A DNA stretch of 64,000 nt from Candidatus Eiseniibacteriota bacterium. Lineage in GTDB: Bacteria; Eisenbacteria; RBG-16-71-46; JABDJR01. A program made the position numbers and the translations under genes. Of the stretch, positions 61,218-64,000 are shown piece after piece. Positions within the stretch are counted from its first letter, which is position 1; each line of letters starts with the position of its first letter. The stretch covers positions 672,001 through 736,000 of the forward strand of contig CAVXKA010000003.1 of NCBI GenBank assembly GCA_963762255.1. The letters run 5' to 3'. The notes below the pieces were generated by a model. The model made no database searches. It was not told the origin of the DNA and worked only from the letters and a program-made list of their open reading frames with translations.

Positions 61218-64000
61218 CTAGTTACCGTTGCGAACGACAACCAGCTTCTTGGCGTATTCCTCGTCGTTGGCCTTCAGGCGGTAGAAGTACACACCGCTGG
61301 CCACCGAACGAGAACCAGAGTCCGTGCCGTCCCAGTGAACGACGTTGAGACCTTCCTTGGCCACGCCGTCGAACACGGTGCGAACCAAGCGGCCGTTGAC
61401 GTCGAAGATCTCCACGGCAGCCTTGGCATCACGCGCCATGGTGAACTGGATCGTCCCCTTCGCACCGTTCAGGAGCGGGTTGGGGGCGAAGTTCGCCAGA
61501 GCGGTCTTGAAGCTGGGCTGACGCGGATCCGTCGGCACGAAGGTGCCGGCGGTCGGGTCGTCGCAAGGAGCGGGCGCACCGGTGTAACCGAACCAGGTGA
61601 GCACTTCCTCAAGACGCTCCGCGATCGCGGGCTCCGGGGTCGGAGCGAGAAGACCGAACTCACAAACACCGACGTCGTCACGACGATAGTGGAGGGAGAC
61701 GCCGTCCACCACGGTCTTGTAGTCCGGGCCGCCGGTTGCTGCGTTGTACACCGACGCGTACTGAACCACACCCTTGAAGGTGTCGTTGTACTCTTCGTCG
61801 CCCGCCGGGGCACCCATGCCGCCGACGAACAGGTCGAGCACGTCGAACGAACGAAGCTGCGGGCAGCCGTTGCCCTGAGCTTGGTGATTGTACACGCGGC
61901 CGAGGCTGCCGGCGACGAGCGATCCGCTCACCGGATCGAGCGGCACGCAGGTAGCCAAGGACTGGATACCCGAGGTGCTCGGGCAGGACGGATCGCGCAG
62001 CGTGGCGCAGTTGAACGTGACGCCGCAGAACTCGTTGAGGAGACGGAGCGCGCTCGGCTCCGAGGCCGCCTCGAGCGTCATGCTCTCGGCGATGCCGTCA
62101 CCGTTCAGGTACAGGTTGTTATACCCGAGACCCGGTTCGGTGAGGGACAGCCACGGAATGAGAACGTCCGCGTCTTCCTTCACGAGGGTGAACGCGTTCA
62201 GAGCGGCACTGTTCCAGACGATCGCCTTGTAGCCAAGGGCCTGGACGATCGTGGCGCCGAACTCCGTGTTCAACGGACGCCCGAAGGACGCCTGCTGGCT
62301 GGACGGAGCCAGAACGCGGTACTTGTCCCACGCCGTTCCCTCGAAGTTGGCCGAAGATCCGGTCAGGACCGCACCCAGGGCGGGCTCGATCCAAGGCGCA
62401 GAACCGCGGTCGGTCGCGTGATCCACGAACAACACGCAGTTGAACGTGGAGTCGGCGGCCATCGAGGACGGATGGACCTCGAACGGGAAGGGAGCGGTCG
62501 TTGCGGTGTCAGGCAGCGTGTACCAGGCGGTACCCGCGATGAACTTCGTCTTGAAGAACATCTCGATCCGCGTCCCGGGCGTGAACAGATTGTCCGGGAA
62601 GATGTCGTTCACAAGACGAGTCTGCTGGCCTTGCGGATCCAGGTCGGCCGGATCGCGATCGGTGTCGTTACCGACCAATCCGAAGCCTTCCATGTAGGCG
62701 GTCATCCAGCGGTTTGCAACCGTGCTGCCACCCTGCTCGGCCGTGTCGATGCGGGCTGCGTACCAGTTGAGACCGTCTTTGGTCTCCTGGAACACGAGGC
62801 CCGGGTTCCCTGCGAGCCACGCGGCCACAGCCGCGGTGACAACCGGGGCCGGGGTCCACGCCAAACTGCACGTACACTTCGGCGCCACCCGCCGCACCAC
62901 CGATGGTGATCGTGTCACCAGTCGAGCTGTTCGGCTCGGGGACGGAGAAGCCCTTGATGTTGTTGCAGTCGAGGCGGCCGGCCGCGTTGATGCGCAGCGA
63001 ACCGTTCTCGGGGAACGAGTCCTGAGGTTCGTCGATCTCACGAGCGGTGATCACCGGAGCGCCGGGGATGCCGGCCGCGCCGAAGGCCACGTTGTCGAAG
63101 TACGGGGTGTGATTGGTCACGCCCGAGCAGTTCCCGTAGTAACGGCAGTAGTTGAGAGTCCCAAGGCCGATACGGATCTGCTCGGCACCCGTCGAGATCA
63201 CGGAGTTGAAGTACCGGGTGTAGACCGCGGAGTCAGCACCGATCTCGTACTTGCGGCAGGTCGGAATGCCGCCGAAGTAGTAGACGTAGCCGTCCCCCAC
63301 GATTCCCGACGTGATGATCTTGCCAGTGTTGGCGCAGACTTCGGGATACCACTGAACAGCCTGGACCACGAAGATGTAGTTCAGGAGGGGCAGCTCGAAG
63401 TAGCCGTCATACCGGAAGAACTTCTCCGGAGCGCCCACGCGGCCGGCGGCCACGAGGTCGATCCAGGGAGACATGGCCACGTTGTCCTGGTAGAGGCCGT
63501 GGCCGCCCACGGACAGATCCTCAAACACCAGAACGGTGTCCTTGCCGTCCTTCATGAAGTCGCAACCGCAGGGGGTCAGCACATCGGGCAGGTCCGCCTG
63601 CGACACGAGGTCCGACCACTCACCGCCAGCACCCGGGGTCGCAGGAGCGAGCACCCAGCCGCCGCGGAGGTCTCGAAGGTTGGCGGAATGGATCACGGTA
63701 GCCCCGTCAAGGATCGAGATGTCGTCGATCACGAGCGGGCAGGTCGTAGCGTAGAGGCCGTCCTCGTCAGAGTAGGCACCGTCCGCAGCAAGGCAGAACT
63801 TGATGTTGAACGCACCCGAGTCGCCACGCATGTCGGTGCCTTCGGCCAGCACCAAGGAGGCGGTGCCGGAGGCGGGGCCGGTGTAGCTCGTGACGGTCAC
63901 GTCGCCGGAGCCGTCACCCGCGCCGGAGGTGTCGACGATCACGTAGCTGTAGTCCCAGCCGGGCTCCGTGTCGTTGACGTACTTGTAGCTCAGCGTCACG
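61218..64000 (-). CDS. Large Cys-rich secreted protein with FlgD-Ig CTD (5' end outside window; frameshift near 62841)
   Basis: ORFs 62668-63999 and 61218-63041 join at DPGPG|VTAAV; CTD APNP...IFDVNGRLV...WDGTD...SGVYFYRL. Confidence 0.8.

Noticed and set aside
63655-63690. Odd stretch NLRDLRGG in the large surface protein
   Set aside because: The alternative frame reads NFETS, consistent with compensating indel errors rather than biology; this cannot be verified without reads.

Overview
GC-rich bacterial chromosomal window, mostly minus-strand genes. The gene content (many secreted proteins with FlgD-Ig/T9SS-like C-terminal domains, kinase-propeller protein, large lipoproteins) suggests an FCB-related candidate phylum such as Ca. 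Eisenbacteria; this is inference, not a database result. Housekeeping content: ssrA (tmRNA), five tRNAs, ssb, smpB-amidase-GerMN-murI-rph-rdgB, cobB, ppdK, tryptophanase, aldehyde dehydrogenase, an aminotransferase and several transporters including a type IIIA H+-ATPase. No integrase, transposase or CRISPR-Cas was seen. Five isolated frameshifts in four genes look like read or assembly indels. Most notable observations: (1) three extra copies of the tmRNA 3' end, each ending CCA and separated by hairpin spacers; (2) a short C-terminal E-x-x-[ST]WG-x-IK tail shared by three secreted proteins, a candidate sorting signal alongside five FlgD-Ig CTD proteins; (3) a suite of lamin-tail/OB/endonuclease I and HhH-beta-barrel proteins suggesting extracellular DNA handling; (4) a LeuC/aconitase homolog lacking most Fe-S and catalytic residues, between tnaA and ppdK; (5) a duplicated perfect FNR-like palindrome.
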